This document shows positions 27,278-40,715 of a stretch of 64,000 nucleotides of DNA, one piece after another (within the stretch, counting starts at the first letter, position 1; the number at the start of each line of letters is the position of its first letter). The notes under the pieces are model-generated. The model worked only from the letters and a program-made list of their open reading frames with translations, made no database searches and was not told where the DNA came from. Origin of the DNA: Antedon mediterranea. Its lineage: Eukaryota > Animalia > Echinodermata. The translations under genes were made by a program, and so were the position numbers. Where the stretch lies: assembly GCF_964355755.1 (NCBI RefSeq), contig NC_092674.1:12338001-12402000 (forward strand), read 5' to 3'.

Positions 27278-30149
27278 TCCTTAGCCTAGTCCTCCTTCGT
27301 AGGTCCTACTCAACTCGCACGTATGATCTGCCAAATAAAACGCCAATAAGAGGTAGGCCTACATACCACCACCGGCACACAACAGGATTCACACACAACA
27401 GACAGGGCTACGACACCACTACACAGAACAGGACAGGGTTTGGGTGGGAATTAAATCTAATTATCTCCGCGTAATATTAAATGATCCATTCAATGTTTGA
27501 TTTGCGGAGAAGCAAGACGAGTTTTCATGTTCTTGGGAAAAATCCCATCAAATGTTTAACAGACTACTACTTAGGCATATAAAATCATTTCTAGCCTTCA
27601 GAAACTTTCATCAATGTCCCGATCAATGTACCCAAGTACATTGTCTAAACGTAACATAGCGCATGCGTACCATCTTAGTTGTTGAGTCTTTGAAATTCTG
27701 AAATATGAATATTAAAACGGTGTACGAGTGAGTAGCCAATCGCATGCAGCTGAAACTAGTCAACCGGATAATCTATGCACCAAGAATTCTTGGTGTCAAA
27801 CCACGTGACTTTTACGTGTTTCCCCAGACGGAGTATCCAAACTCAAGTAATACACGTATGAAACGCCATATATGCAAAAATGTTTATATTTTTACTAATA
27901 TTAAGAAAAAACTCCGTCTGGAGTCCAGACTATCTTGTGATATATATTCTTTGATACCACCACCGACCGGCACACAACAGGGCTACACCACCACACAGAA
28001 CAGGACAGGGTCTGGGTGGGAATTAAATCAAATTTTCTCCGCATAATAAATGATCCATTCAATGTTTGATTTGGCGGAGAACTAGCCTATCATATCACGA
28101 CGAGTTTTCATGTTCTTGGGAAAAATCTCATCAAATGTTTACCAGACTACTAGGCATATAAAATCATTTTAGCCTTCAGAAACTTTCATCAATGTACCCA
28201 AGTACACGTTGTCTAAACGTAACATAGCGCATGCGCATCGTCTTAGACGTTGAGTCTTTGAAATTAAGAAATATGAATATTAAAACGACGTACGAGTGAG
28301 TAGCCAATGGCATGCGGCTGAAACTAGTCAACTGGATAATTTATGCACCAAGAATTCTTGGTGTCAAACCACGTGACTTATGCGTGTTTCCCCAGAGTAT
28401 CCAAATTCAAGTAATACACGTATGAAACGCCATATGTGCAAAAATATTTATATTTTTACAAAACTCCGTCTGGAGCCCAGACTAAACTTGTTGTTGTATA
28501 TGACCGTCTTAAAATTACTTGACATGTTTCGATAAATATATTCTCATCATCAGAACTGTAATCAAAGCCTAGAGTACTTGTATACGTACAAAGTTGCGTT
28601 TAAATGAGTCAATAATTACCATGATAATTTACGTAAATATCCTGTAGTAATACATTTTTCTATACAATTTAAAGAGAAGATGGAATTTAAAATCAGTACC
28701 AAAAGCCGACGATAAAGAGAGAATTACATGTTTTAAAAAACACCCACTTGTTATTAAAAAAAAAACATTGCACATCGGCGAGGTTCGATGGCATGAGTGA
28801 CTGGCGAAAACTTGCATGTTTTGTTGCACTGTAGCCCTATCAGTAGGCATACAATGAAACGTGTATCTTATGTACCCCATGGTACAAAGTGTCATACAAA
28901 TTGTACATTTAATAATTCGAACAACCTAGATCGTGAACATAATTCGTAGCGTAGACAGTACACGACGTACGCGTCGGTAAACTTCGCCAGGGAAGTAGGC
29001 CTAACTATACGCATTCTGATCCCATGGATGGAACATGATGTATTACGCGTAAACCGTGTATTTCACGATGCCACTGGATCGGTCACTTAATAATAATAAT
29101 TAATTTAATTTTCCAATTCATCATGTGTTTGTCATTACTATGAACTTTAATTGTACTGATTGGAATAATTAATCAGTATAATAATGCTTGCCTTCTGATT
29201 AATGTTTAGTTACATTGAAAACCTCATCCATAGGATGCGATGTAAATCAACAGTTGAATAGCAAGAGGAGACATGGGTCGGCTAATTCACTTGCAATTGT
29301 TTGTCTTCTTTTTAACAATATTTTGATGACGAAGTAACAGTTACTGTATAGTCAGAGAGATAATAGTTATATAAGAATTTTCAGATTTGTAATAATTACG
29401 TCAAGTATAGCCTCTTCTCTAGTAGCCATGTCACCTACTTGACTTAGCTATTGGGCATGTCAACGTGCCCTGATATTTGCTCGTTAAAATCGCCTATGAC
29501 ACCAACGCAAGCATACAACATTACTATATTCTACAAATTAATAAGCATGATCAGAAATAGACAATGTAGTCGCTTAGTATATATACCAATTTCATCATGT
29601 AACTGCTGTGTTCAGTGTTCTGTTATTTGCGTACATTATACAGCAACACTTTCCCCGTGATTATGTTTACGATAAGGTGTAAAATTAATGTTAAACATCA
29701 GAGATGTTATCTATCGGGTTGCCAGTTATAATGTAGTAAAAATAAATAATACTAGAATATAAAAAGTACATAATGAGAAAAAAGAAAACCTGGCTAACCC
29801 AGTTTCATTAACGGCTGAACTATACTAACTTTAGATAAATTGGAGCTCATCAGTCACACATTGTAGTAATTTCGGATTTGATAAAAGCATATTTGGCAAA
29901 TCAAAATTGATTACATTCCGATTATCAGGACCTACAATGGTAGGAAAACGTAAACTTACTGTGAGTTGTTTGCATTTAAATTATAATAGTATGAGGTTAA
30001 TAAGGCCTATTTCAGATAACAGATAGCGGATTTTGTTTCTCAGGCTCACTCTAAAATCACGATCTCTTTTCGCGAACTCTAATCTCACATAATTGGGCAA
30101 TGAAATCATTATTAACAACATGTAAGCTTATACAGTAGGCATATATGTA

Positions 30150-30181
<32 letters not shown>

Positions 30182-30189
30182 TATTTAGG

Positions 30190-30751
30190 TGATAAGCATG
30201 ATAATGATTATGACTACCGTAAATTGATATCAGATTTTTTTAATTGGAGCAAATTGAATAATTTAAAGTTAAATGTTGGCAAAACTAAAGGAGATGGTCG
30301 TAGACTTTAGAGTAAAGAAAGATCCTATTATTCCAGTTCTGATTGATGGTAACGAAGTAGATAGAGTAGAAGAATATAAATACTTAGGTTTTGTCATGGA
30401 CTATAAACTTTCGTGGGAAACCAATACGAATAGAATAGTTAAAAGAGCCAATCAAAGAATGTTTATACTTCGCAAAGTGAAATCACTTAGTATTGATAGC
30501 TCCCTGTTAATCCAAAGTATTATGTCTTTCTGTTTGATATGCAATTATGAAAATATTAATAAAAAAGATAAAAGAAATTGAATCGCATTACAAGGAAAGC
30601 TGAATATATTGTTAAAGATCCGTTGGTGCAGTTAGATGAAATATACATAAATTTGATAGTTAAGGCAGCTCATAAAATAATTAAGGACTTTGATCATCCC
30701 CTTAGCAAATACTTTATTATCAAACGTAATGGTAGAATACATGTTCATGCA
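30190..30751 (+). mobile_element. Rex1/Babar-like LINE 3' fragment interrupted by the Helitron; 3' UTR/tail probably resumes at 40191-40628
   Basis: KEMVVDFR...VEEYKYLG..MD.KLSW..N...KRANQRMFILRK, then II.D.DHPL. Tail aataaagcatttcagtattcagttttcagtattc at ~40595-40628. Confidence 0.72.
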
Positions 30752-31046
30752 TCTATATATAAATTATGGTTAATTCTGACATAGGCGAGCACAATGCAAA
30801 AACTTCTCTACAAATCTCCGCCTTGGATACCTACCTTATCTATCCGAGATGTACCGCGAAACGTAGATTTGATAACATTAGTGTGCACGCCGACGCTATT
30901 ATTCCATTTTTGTCTTTTGCAACGACAAAATTTAGCGTTACCTATCGAAATTTGTGGATATCACAGGGTTATTTTCACACACTCGCGCTGTTGTTCAGCT
31001 GGCTTCCGGGGGGTCCGTCACTTCCGGCAAAATGGCCGTTGGTGGC

Positions 31047-32768
31047 GCCATTCGATATTAAATCAAAGTTAACACTATATTTGATTAAATACAAAAATAT
31101 TTTAGTGGTTCAACGTATCGTGAACTACTGAAATTAGATTCTATTTATTAATCATTTAATCAAATTTAGGTGCGATTCAATGTTACTATAGGAGGCCTGT
31201 TCTATTTATTAATCATTTAATCAAATTTAGGTGCGATTCAATGTTACTATAGGAGGCCTGGTAGGCCTACCAGGGAAACACCTTTACTGTTTATATTATC
31301 GATTATTTCTGTTGCTTGCTCTATTTATAATAATTATAAATGGTGTGTACTACGACCAATATAGGCCATTCGATATTAAATACAAAAATAATAGGCCATT
31401 CGATATTAAATACTAAAATATGTTCAACGTATCGTGAACTACTGAAATTAGATTCTATTTATTAATCATTTATAATCAAATTTAGGTGCGATTCAATGTT
31501 ACTATAGGAGGGCCTGGTAGGCCTACCAGAGAAACACCTTTACTGTTTATATTATCGGTTATTTCTGTTGCTTGCTCTATTTATAATAATTATAAATGGT
31601 GTGTACTACGACCAATATAGGCCATTCGATATTAAATACAAAAATATGTTCAACGTATCGTGAACTACTGAAATTAGATTCTATTTATTAATCATTTATA
31701 ATCACATTTAGGTGCGATTCAATGTTACTATAGGAGGCCTGGTAGGCCTACCAGGGAAACACCTTTACTGTTTATATTATCGATTATTTCTGTTGCTTGC
31801 TTTATTTCAATATAGGCCATTCAATATTAAATACAAAAATATGTTCAACGTATCGTGAACTACTGAAATTAGATTCTATTTATTAATCATTTATAATCAA
31901 ATTTAGGTGCGATTCAATGTTACTATAGGAGGCCTGGTAGGCCTACCAGGGAAACACCTTTACTGTTTATATTATCGATTATTTCTATTGCTTGCTTTAT
32001 TTATAATAATTGTAAATGGTGAGTACTACGACCGATATATAAGTAGGCTACGACAGTTGTTATTTGATAATTTGTGATATAAATGTTAAAGCACCGCTGA
32101 CTGTCACCCACTTTGATAAACTATGCCTTTGGTCTCTTGGTACGGTCACGTTAGAGACTGTTTCAGTGATTGATGACCCCTATTAACGGTTTCCTCCTGT
32201 GTCTATTCGTTCAGATAATATAAATAATAATATAATATATTATACATATAGGCCTACTGTTCTTTACAATTATATTATTTGCATTAATACCAATTGTTGT
32301 AAAGTTTTTACATCATTACATTATAATTAATGTATATTATTTTTAATTACATCTATTGAGTGACTTTTTTCCCCTTTACTTTCCTATACCACCGATTGCT
32401 GTCAAGTGTCCATACATCAACACTGACAGGGGACAGTCACCCACTTTGATAAACTATGCCTTTGGTCTCTTGGTACGGTCACGTTAGAGACTGTTTCAGT
32501 GATTGATGACCCCTATTAACGGTTTCCTCCTGTGTCTATTCGTTCAGATAATATATATAATAATATAATATATTATACATATAGGCCTACTGTTCTTTAC
32601 AATTATATTATTTGCATTAATACTAATTGATGTAAAGTTTTTACATCATTACATTATAATTAATGTATATTATTTTTAATTACATCTATTGAGTGACTTT
32701 TTTCCCCTTTACTTTCCTATACCACCGATTGCTGTCAAGTGTCCATACATCAACACTGACAGGGGACA
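31047..32768. repeat. Tandem repeats in the Helitron 5' region (about 4 units of ~200-230 bp, then a 333-bp duplication)
   Basis: gttcaacgtatcgtgaactactgaaattagattc occurs 4 times. gtcacccactttgataaac at 32103 and 32436. Confidence 0.88.
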
Positions 32769-32927
32769 TAATCAATCATAATTGGTATACATTTCGCATC
32801 TTACCAAACTTATTTTCAGTACAGGTTCAAATCATTCATTCATTCACTCATTCGCCGGAAGACCGAATATAATAATTAGCCTATATTGTTCTCTATTCGT
32901 ACATTTTTTAATTTTACTGATTACACT

Positions 32928-33007
32928 ATGCCCAAGATAAAGAAAACATCAACTACGTTTAACGTCTACTACCGAAGACAACGATGGACACGCAAAGCAC
33001 GAAACCG
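32928..33007 (+). CDS. Putative first coding exon of RepHel
   Basis: MPKIKKTSTTFNVYYRRQRWTRKARN + CG|GTAAGT (phase 2). Joins the phase-2 acceptor ttacttcccag|T at 35138 in the RepHel frame. Confidence 0.5.
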
Positions 33008-34244
33008 GTAAGTTTGATAGCATTCATTTCTTTTGCCAAATTATCTTTAACCAGAAATTATTTTTAAAAAAACATTCAAAACTATTTAATGAAAATACAA
33101 TCTTACCGTTAAGTGCAATACATATCAACCCATACTGTTACCCACTTCTAAGATCAATTATAGGCCTACGTACAACGCACACTGATTATACTAATAAAGT
33201 CAAGTGAAGGTATCATATGGACTAGCGGTTGACACGTATCTATATTTAATGTAATTCTAAATAATATTTGGATACAATGAACATAATTATGGCTGTTTCA
33301 AAATATGTATTACTTTTTTTCTGATCTGAGCAGTGTACTATTGGTCTGATTGTACAAAATAATCTGGAAGGGGAAAAGTATAACGTATTACAACTATACA
33401 CAATAGACCTTTCAGTAAAATTAGTATTTTTTAGTGGTTGCAGTATTATAATTTAGCTCTTCACTGGTCATACACAGACGTAAACCGCGGTCCACATGAG
33501 ACATCGCCAAAAACCTGTTTAATTTTTCCAACACATAGTTCAATGTCTGTGTGCTGTCATTAATACAACGTTTTCACCGAATTTGTACAAACACTACACA
33601 GACGATTTACAACTTATATTCCGAGTTTAATAATTCATTCCTGGATTGTGACACTTTTGAGTACAAATCTATGTCACCCTGTCACACCCTGGAGAAGGTC
33701 AGACTTTTTGAAGTCACAGTCACACACTGACCGCATGTCGCTATTACCACGACGCTTTTGGATTCACAGTAACGAACTCACTACGACACGGCCAACTGCA
33801 TGCTAAACAACTAAATCTCCACACAAATTATAAATCGTTTTCCACATTCTGGGTAAGTTTATTTATTTTTATGTCACATTTTGCAGTAGGCTAACTTTAA
33901 CCATGTTTAGTTTAGTCATCTTCCTCACAGCAACATTCATTCAAGCTATTCACATGGAAGATATTGCTTTATTGGTATAGGCCTAATTGACAAATACATA
34001 TTTATATTACGCTGATGTAAAGTACGTGTATGTATCGATTAACGCAACGCCATAGCCTACCATATACGGTAGTTTAAGACTTAGGCCTATATAGTTTTTT
34101 CGACAATTCAATAGTATACCAATGTCTCTTCAAATCATAACTGTATGCATAATATTAATATAATTATAAGCATTACGCAGTGTGTATTTATTATTTTACT
34201 ATTTGTCATACAATTATACTTATTTATTCCTTTCAGTTACGAAT

Positions 34245-34712
34245 ATGGCACAGGAACTGTTAATGAAAATTACGTGTACGAAATCTTATAAAATCCTGCT
34301 GTTACAGAACACACCACCCTCCATGCGACAACACGCGGATCTTCTTGGAATGCAGATAGATAAAACATTGGAGGAATGTGTGTCAATGATATCGTCGCAG
34401 GCTACAGAAATTGAACAACTTCAGCGCCAGGTGCGGCAGCTAACAGCTACCAATAAGAAGCTTAACTTTCAGATGTCCCTGTCAACCTCACCAATAACCC
34501 CTTCACCAAGTAAACAAACGGACTCACCAAAGCCACCACAAATTAGACCTAGAGCAACACCTATTGAACTGGACTTTTTTAGTACAGACAGCGACGACGA
34601 ACCATTTTTGAAGTCTGTGGACTTGCTGGAAAGACAAGAAACACCCAAGAAAACTATGAAGCCTAAAAAACGGAGGCTGGTCAAGCACAAAAAAGGCCAT
34701 ACATCAACTTAG
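34245..34712 (+). CDS. Helitron accessory ORF (155 aa): predicted coiled coil, S/P-rich and acidic linker, basic C-terminus
   Basis: MAQELL...ATEIEQLQRQVRQLTATNKKL...DSDDEPF...KPKKRRLVKHKK. Upstream acceptor tttcag at 34236; AATAAA at ~34776. Confidence 0.55.
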   Translation: MAQELLMKITCTKSYKILLLQNTPPSMRQHADLLGMQIDKTLEECVSMISSQATEIEQLQRQVRQLTATNKKLNFQMSLSTSPITPSPSKQTDSPKPPQIRPRATPIELDFFSTDSDDEPFLKSVDLLERQETPKKTMKPKKRRLVKHKKGHTST

Positions 34713-35137
34713 TAGAAATGCATTATAGACACTTTCCTTGATTACCTTTCTTAATGTGATTGATTGTACGGTATCAATAAAGCATTACTTTCATAACTTC
34801 AACATGCCTTCACTCAGTTTTGTATTGCCTACCAACAGCATATCATTTTATAGAACATCGATCGTCTTCATTCCCAATAACAATAATAATAGAAACAATG
34901 GAGATAAAAAGTAACAATAATAACAATAATAATGACGATGACTACGATGATGCCGACGCTGACGACGACGATGACGATCTTATGACAATAACAAAACATT
35001 ACTAATACTGAGACAGTTACAGGAACGATACCACTTTAACATTAGGCTACAATTTCTTTTTCATTCCACATACAACATGAGGTAGTGAAAATGAATGACA
35101 GTGAATTTGACTTATTCAATTTTTATTTACTTCCCAG

Positions 35138-38100
35138 TTCTACCGATGTAGAGCATACGCCAGCAACAGTTCTGCCAGTACTACCCACTCCCGAACTAAC
35201 CCCAGCGGCCGGCAGTACTCAATCTCTGCCTCAAGACGTACCAATGATTCATTATGGTCCAAAAAGACATGGTATTGTCCAGACTACTTATGATGTCAAC
35301 GAGAACACAGTGCCTCACCACATTCAACACTTTCAACCAAAAGGACTCTTCAACCAAAATAACCTATGCCAGTATTGCTTGGCATACCGATTTGAAAAAG
35401 AAACAATAGGATTCTGCTGCAAACAAGGAAAGGTTGACTTACCCTCTCTACCAGACCTTCCGGAATATATCAGAACACTATTTGACCAGCAATCATTCCT
35501 CAATAACATCAGAGCATACAACAATGCTATGGCCCTTGCATCAATAGGTGTTAATGAGGAGCGCCTACCTGGATATTCGCCGACATTCAAAGTCCACGGT
35601 AAAGTGTATCACTATATAGGTTCGTTACTTCCTGACTCACCAGCATCCCCAAAATTTGCTCAACTCTACTTCTATGACGCGACAGAAGACCAACAGGCTC
35701 ACCAAAGGTGTACCAATTCACCCACACATCTAACCCCAACTATGCTAAAGGGACTTCAAGAGACACTACGAACCAGCAATCCATACATAGCAAGTATGAA
35801 ATCTGTGATTGAATTGCCAAACCTGTCCTCCAAAAAATTAATACTGTCAACCAAAAACAAACCCAGTGCAGGGCATAACAGAAAATACAATTTACCACAA
35901 ACCAATGAAATAGCCGTATTACAGCTCAATGAATCATGCAATACTACTGACATTATTCTTCATCTCCGCGGAGGTGGGCTCACACGGATATATGACATAC
36001 ATCGTTCATACGATCCTCTCCATTATATCATCATGTTTCCCCGCGGTGCAGACGGTTACCATGACGACATGAAGCTGCAGAATGACAAACGGATGTCGCC
36101 TACCAACTATTACTGCTACCGGCTACAGACACGTAAAGATCAGTTCAACACCATTTCAAAATGCCGCCGACTTATGCAACAGTATGCTGTTGATGCTTTC
36201 TCAAAGGCAGAGCGTCAAAGACTTCGCTGGGCTCGCAACAATCAGAAGGTTCTCAGGGCTGAAAAATATAAATGCCTCATTGACGCAGTAAACAGGCAAG
36301 ATAATGTACGCAACTTAGGAAAAGTGATTGTGCTTCCACCTACAATTTACGGAAGTCCCAGATGGTATGCGCAACAATACCAAGACGCAATGGCATTAAT
36401 GCGGACGTACGGCAAGCCGGATTATTTCATTACGTTTACATGTAATCCAAAGTGGCAAGAAATTATCGACTCCATTCATCCTGGTGAAAAGCCACAAGAC
36501 CGACCGGACATTTGTAACCGTGCATTTAACAACCGGCTCCGGTTCTTCTTGGATGACCTGTTTAAACTAGACATTCTTGGAAACATTGTTGCCTACACAC
36601 TTATGACAGAATTCCAAAAGAGAGGATTACCACATGTCCACATTGTTGCCATACTAGCTAAGGAAGATAAGCCCCGAAATCCAGCGGACATCGACAAAAT
36701 TGTATGTGCTGAAATACCTGTCGCCTCGGACAATCCCCGCTTACATAACATTATTACTACCTGTATGATTCATGGACCGTGCGGCCACCACGATATATCA
36801 GCACCCTGCATGAAAACGGACAAAGGTCTTATAAAGTGTGACAAGCATTTTCCGAAACCACTCCGATCTCACACCATCATGAGTCCAGACACAGGTGCAA
36901 TTTATCGCAGAAGGTCTCCCGTTGAAGGAGGACAAACAGCTACTGTTAAACGCCGAACAACCACTCACACAGTCGACAACACCTTTGTCGTACCGTACAA
37001 TCCGATTCTTACCTTAAAATACAACGCACACATTAACATCGAAATAGTCACAACAATAAAGGCAGTGAAGTACATATACAAATACATCACCAAGGGAAAC
37101 GATAGAGTTATGGTTAAGTTACCGTCGGGAGAGGACGCACATGATGAAATAGAATCATTTGCAAATGCCCGTTATATTAGTGCGTCAGAAGCTATATGGC
37201 GGCTGTACGAGTTTCCACTCACCAGACGACATCCTGCCGTTAAGAAACTGCCTATCCATTTAGAACACGACCAAATGGGATATTTCAACCCTGACGACTC
37301 CAATGGATTGCAGAATGCTATCAACAAATCTGAAAAAACCATGCTAACCGCATTCTTTGACTTAAATTCTAAAACTGCGTCGGATCTCATATATCCAAAC
37401 ATCGTAAGCAGATATATATACACAAACCACGTATGGCAACCACGGAAACGACACACCTCAAGAAATGACCACTTGTGTGATACTATCGGCAGGTTACCAG
37501 TCATAAATTTAAATGCTCACCAGAAAGAACTATATTTCCTTCGCATATTACTGCTACACATTTTAAATCCTACCAGCTTCATTGATCTTCGCACTGTCAG
37601 TGGAATAACATATGACACTAACCATGCTGCCTGTGTTGCTTTAGGATTATATGAAGATGACAGTGAAATTGATAAAGCCATGGAAGAAGCTGCTTCTATC
37701 CAGTTTGGAAACACCATCCGACAGGTATTCGCTACAATATTGCTTTACATTGTCCCCTGTAATCCCAACCAATTCTTCAACAGACACGTACAGATTCTCA
37801 CAGAGGACTTTCAACGTCGCGACCACACTACTACACCCACCCAATCACAAATCAATGAGGCCTTAACCCTCATAAACCACGTCCTTCAAAGAGGTGGGAA
37901 ATCATTAGAACACTTCAATCTACCAACCCCAGACCCTGAAACAAATGCCGCATCCCAAGTCATACGTGAAGAAACAACATACGAAAACAGTCAGCTGAAA
38001 ATGATCTTAGACTCAAACCTACCACTACTAAACAAACCACAACGTGATGTATACAATTCTGTCGTGGACTCTACCGTCAACCGAAAAGGTACACTCTTCC

Positions 38101-39406
38101 ACTTAGATGCACCTGGTGGTACTGGCAAAACATTCACCATTAACCTCATCTTAGCCGAAATACGACGTCGGGGTCTCATTGCACTTGCTGTAGCTACAAG
38201 TGGTATCGCTGCAACACTCTTACCAAATGGTCGCACTATCCATTCTCGGTTTAAAGTCCCACTAAAAGTAAATGACAACTCAACCTGCAATATTTCGATA
38301 CAGTCACCTTTGGCATGCTTAATTAAAGATACATCACTTATCGTTATTGATGAAGTCACGATGGCCAATAAGCACGTATTTGAAACAGTTGATCGTACAG
38401 TACGTGACATACGGAGCAACGATAAACCATTCGGTGTGGGATAACTCTCCTCCTAGCAGGCGATTGGCGACAGATCCTTCCAGTGATTCCCAAAGGCGGC
38501 AAAGCTGAAATACTACAAGCAACACTGAAGACATCATACCTTTGGAAGAGTATCCAATCGCTTAAATTGACAGACAACTTACGTGTTATCCATTCATATG
38601 GCAACGTAGATCAACTTCGCCAATTTTCACATCTTCTTCTTTCAATAGGAGAAGGTACAAAGGAGGAAATTGACAAAGATACAATCGCCCTACCAGACCA
38701 TTTTTTTTCAACTGCTACTTCGCTACAGCAATTTTGTCAAGAAATATTTCCCGGAATTACCAAAAACATTTCCCATACTACACTTTGCTCTAACGCAATC
38801 ATATGCCCAACAAACGAAAATGTAACAAAGGTCAATGACTGCTTTATAAATTTATTTCCCGGACCAGTTACAACATATCTCAGCTATGATTCGGTACAAG
38901 ACGAGGCAGAACACCAATATCCAACAGAATTCTTAAACGATCTGTTCCTGCCTAGCCTACCTCCTCACAAGCTAATACTTAAGCCCGGTATTCCAGTAAT
39001 GCTTTTACGAAACATAGACCCTAAGAATGGACACTGCAATGGAGCTAGATACATAGTCAAAACTCTACTAGACAGAGTCATCCATGCATCCATTGCTATG
39101 GGGCCACACAAAGGCAAAAACCTATTGATACCACGTTTTAAATTATCACCAGATGATCCGACACTACCCTTCGTTTTGACCAGAAAGCAGTTTCCTATTC
39201 GAGTATGCTTCAGTATCACATCTAACAAAAGTCAAGGTCAAACACTAAACAGAATTGGTATTTTTCTGGACCAACAGTTCTTTACCCATGGACAACTGTA
39301 TGTATCTTTAAGCAGAGTTGGCCACCCAGACAACATCAAAATATACAATCCGCACTCAGTTATCAGGAACCAAGTGTCCAATATTGTCTACAAAGAGGTA
39401 CTGTAA
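35138..39406 (+). CDS. Helitron RepHel (HUH Rep + PIF1-family helicase) with a single 2-bp frameshift at ~38436
   Basis: CQYC...CC; YFITFTCNPKW; EFQKRGLPHVH; KYIYKY; DAPGGTGKT; IDEVTM; KPFG/GITLLLAGDWRQ; QFPIRVCFSITSNKSQGQT; HGQLYVSLSRV. Confidence 0.93.
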
Positions 39407-40626
39407 ATGAAACATAATATTGTGATTTGCATGTAAGCTTATTACTCAAACTACCTGACACATTGTGTCTTCACAATGGCTAGGAACAGTAGTATTCTAA
39501 ATGTCACTTTGTAATTTATATAAACAGATGCCAGGATTGTGCATTATTCATTAGAAACACTATTATAACCTCATTATTGTACTTTTTTTGTACCAATTGA
39601 ACCGATGTAACTTCCATGAGTCTAGGAAAGGGTCGTCTTAGTTGTTGTAACATTTCATATTACTTACTGTAGGTCTTTGTGGGTTCTTCTATCGTTGGTG
39701 ACATCTTTATTTGTAATCTTTTGCTAAATCTGTGTACAGTAGTACCATACACTCAGATATAGGCCTACCAGAGTTTAAATTCGTAATAAATGCAACCTTC
39801 CTTAAGGAGGCGATACACGCGTACATTTTACCAACAACTTCGTGTGTTCAGTTACCATCCATCTACATCCCTCTAATGTCATTTAACATTCTTACTACCT
39901 CATCAGAACGCTAATGGCATTTCAACAGTCCCACATAGAATACCCACGTTACCTTATAATTTTCCCTGTAACAATATACTCTAATTTGCTATATTACCCT
40001 GGAAGCGATATTTTTGGTGTACCTAATTTATGGACCACCATGAAACATCACAAAATAAAGATGCATTACTCAACAGTCATATGCATAGGTGTCACCCGGG
40101 CTTCCATTTCCAGAGGCGTTGTTCATGCTTTTGAGGACCATTCGGATACACCCACTAGAGGGTCGCGAGCGAAGCGAGCGAACCCTCTAGTATACTTAAT
40201 TCACGTCATAAACAATGAAACTTTTAAAACGTAAATATTTTCAATTTATAAATGTTTTTATATTTTTAATATTTTTAAACGTTTTAGCATTTTTAGCCTA
40301 TTTGAAATGTTAGCAATATATAAATTGTAAAGGTTTTAGGAACATTCTAACGATTTGAATCCTTTTAAAGCTGTTTTTAATTCTTTTAAAGCTGTTTTAA
40401 ACTATTTTAATCTCCTGAATCTTATTCAATTTTAATACCTTGTCATGTTTACACCGTATTTCATAACTTATATTTTTTGTGCAATTATGTGTGTGTATAT
40501 AATATATTATAATTGTATATCTATTTATTTTTGTACTAATAATTGTCAATTTTCAAAAAAAATTTCTGTTGTTATTTTATGATGATGATGGACAAATAAA
40601 GCATTTCAGTATTCAGTTTTCAGTAT

Positions 40627-40715
40627 TCTTCTGTTTTCGCAAAAACAGCAAAGTCATCTGCGATGCCTGTGACTTCAGTGCATTTTCTAATATTTGATCC
40701 ATCTTTTTGTGTGTA
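40627..40715 (-). mobile_element. Tiny Gypsy-type RT relic
   Basis: KMDQILE/CTEVTGIADDFAVFAKTEE with one frameshift; IADD catalytic motif. Confidence 0.55.

Larger units (their letters stand above)
25809..27932 (+). mobile_element. AcademH-like MITE copy C, inserted in the right TIR of the P-like element
   Basis: Same termini as copy A. 9-bp TSD tcttgtgat (25800-25808, 27933-27941). Confidence 0.88.
24984..27953. mobile_element. Non-autonomous P-superfamily-like element (~0.85 kb net) inserted in copy A
   Basis: TIRs caaagaatatatatcacaagaatga / tcattcttgtgatatatattctttg (right TIR split by copy C). 7-bp TSD ataccac. Confidence 0.8.
24554..28484 (+). mobile_element. AcademH-like MITE, outer copy A (host of the nested stack)
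   Basis: TAGACTTGCCCC...GGAGCCCAGACTA. 9-bp TSD aacttgttg (24545-24553, 28485-28493). Confidence 0.88.
30752..40190 (+). mobile_element. Full-length autonomous-type Helitron (9.4 kb)
   Basis: Inserted between A and T. 5' end TCTATATATAAATT; 3' hairpin ending CTAG; RepHel coding region inside. Confidence 0.92.

Noticed and set aside
34850-35005. Asn/Asp-rich exon inside the Helitron
   Set aside because: Trinucleotide-rich tract with in-frame stops in the phase-compatible frame and no clear donor.
35333-39228. Antisense and alternative-frame ORFs over RepHel
   Set aside because: Shadow ORFs of a long coding region.
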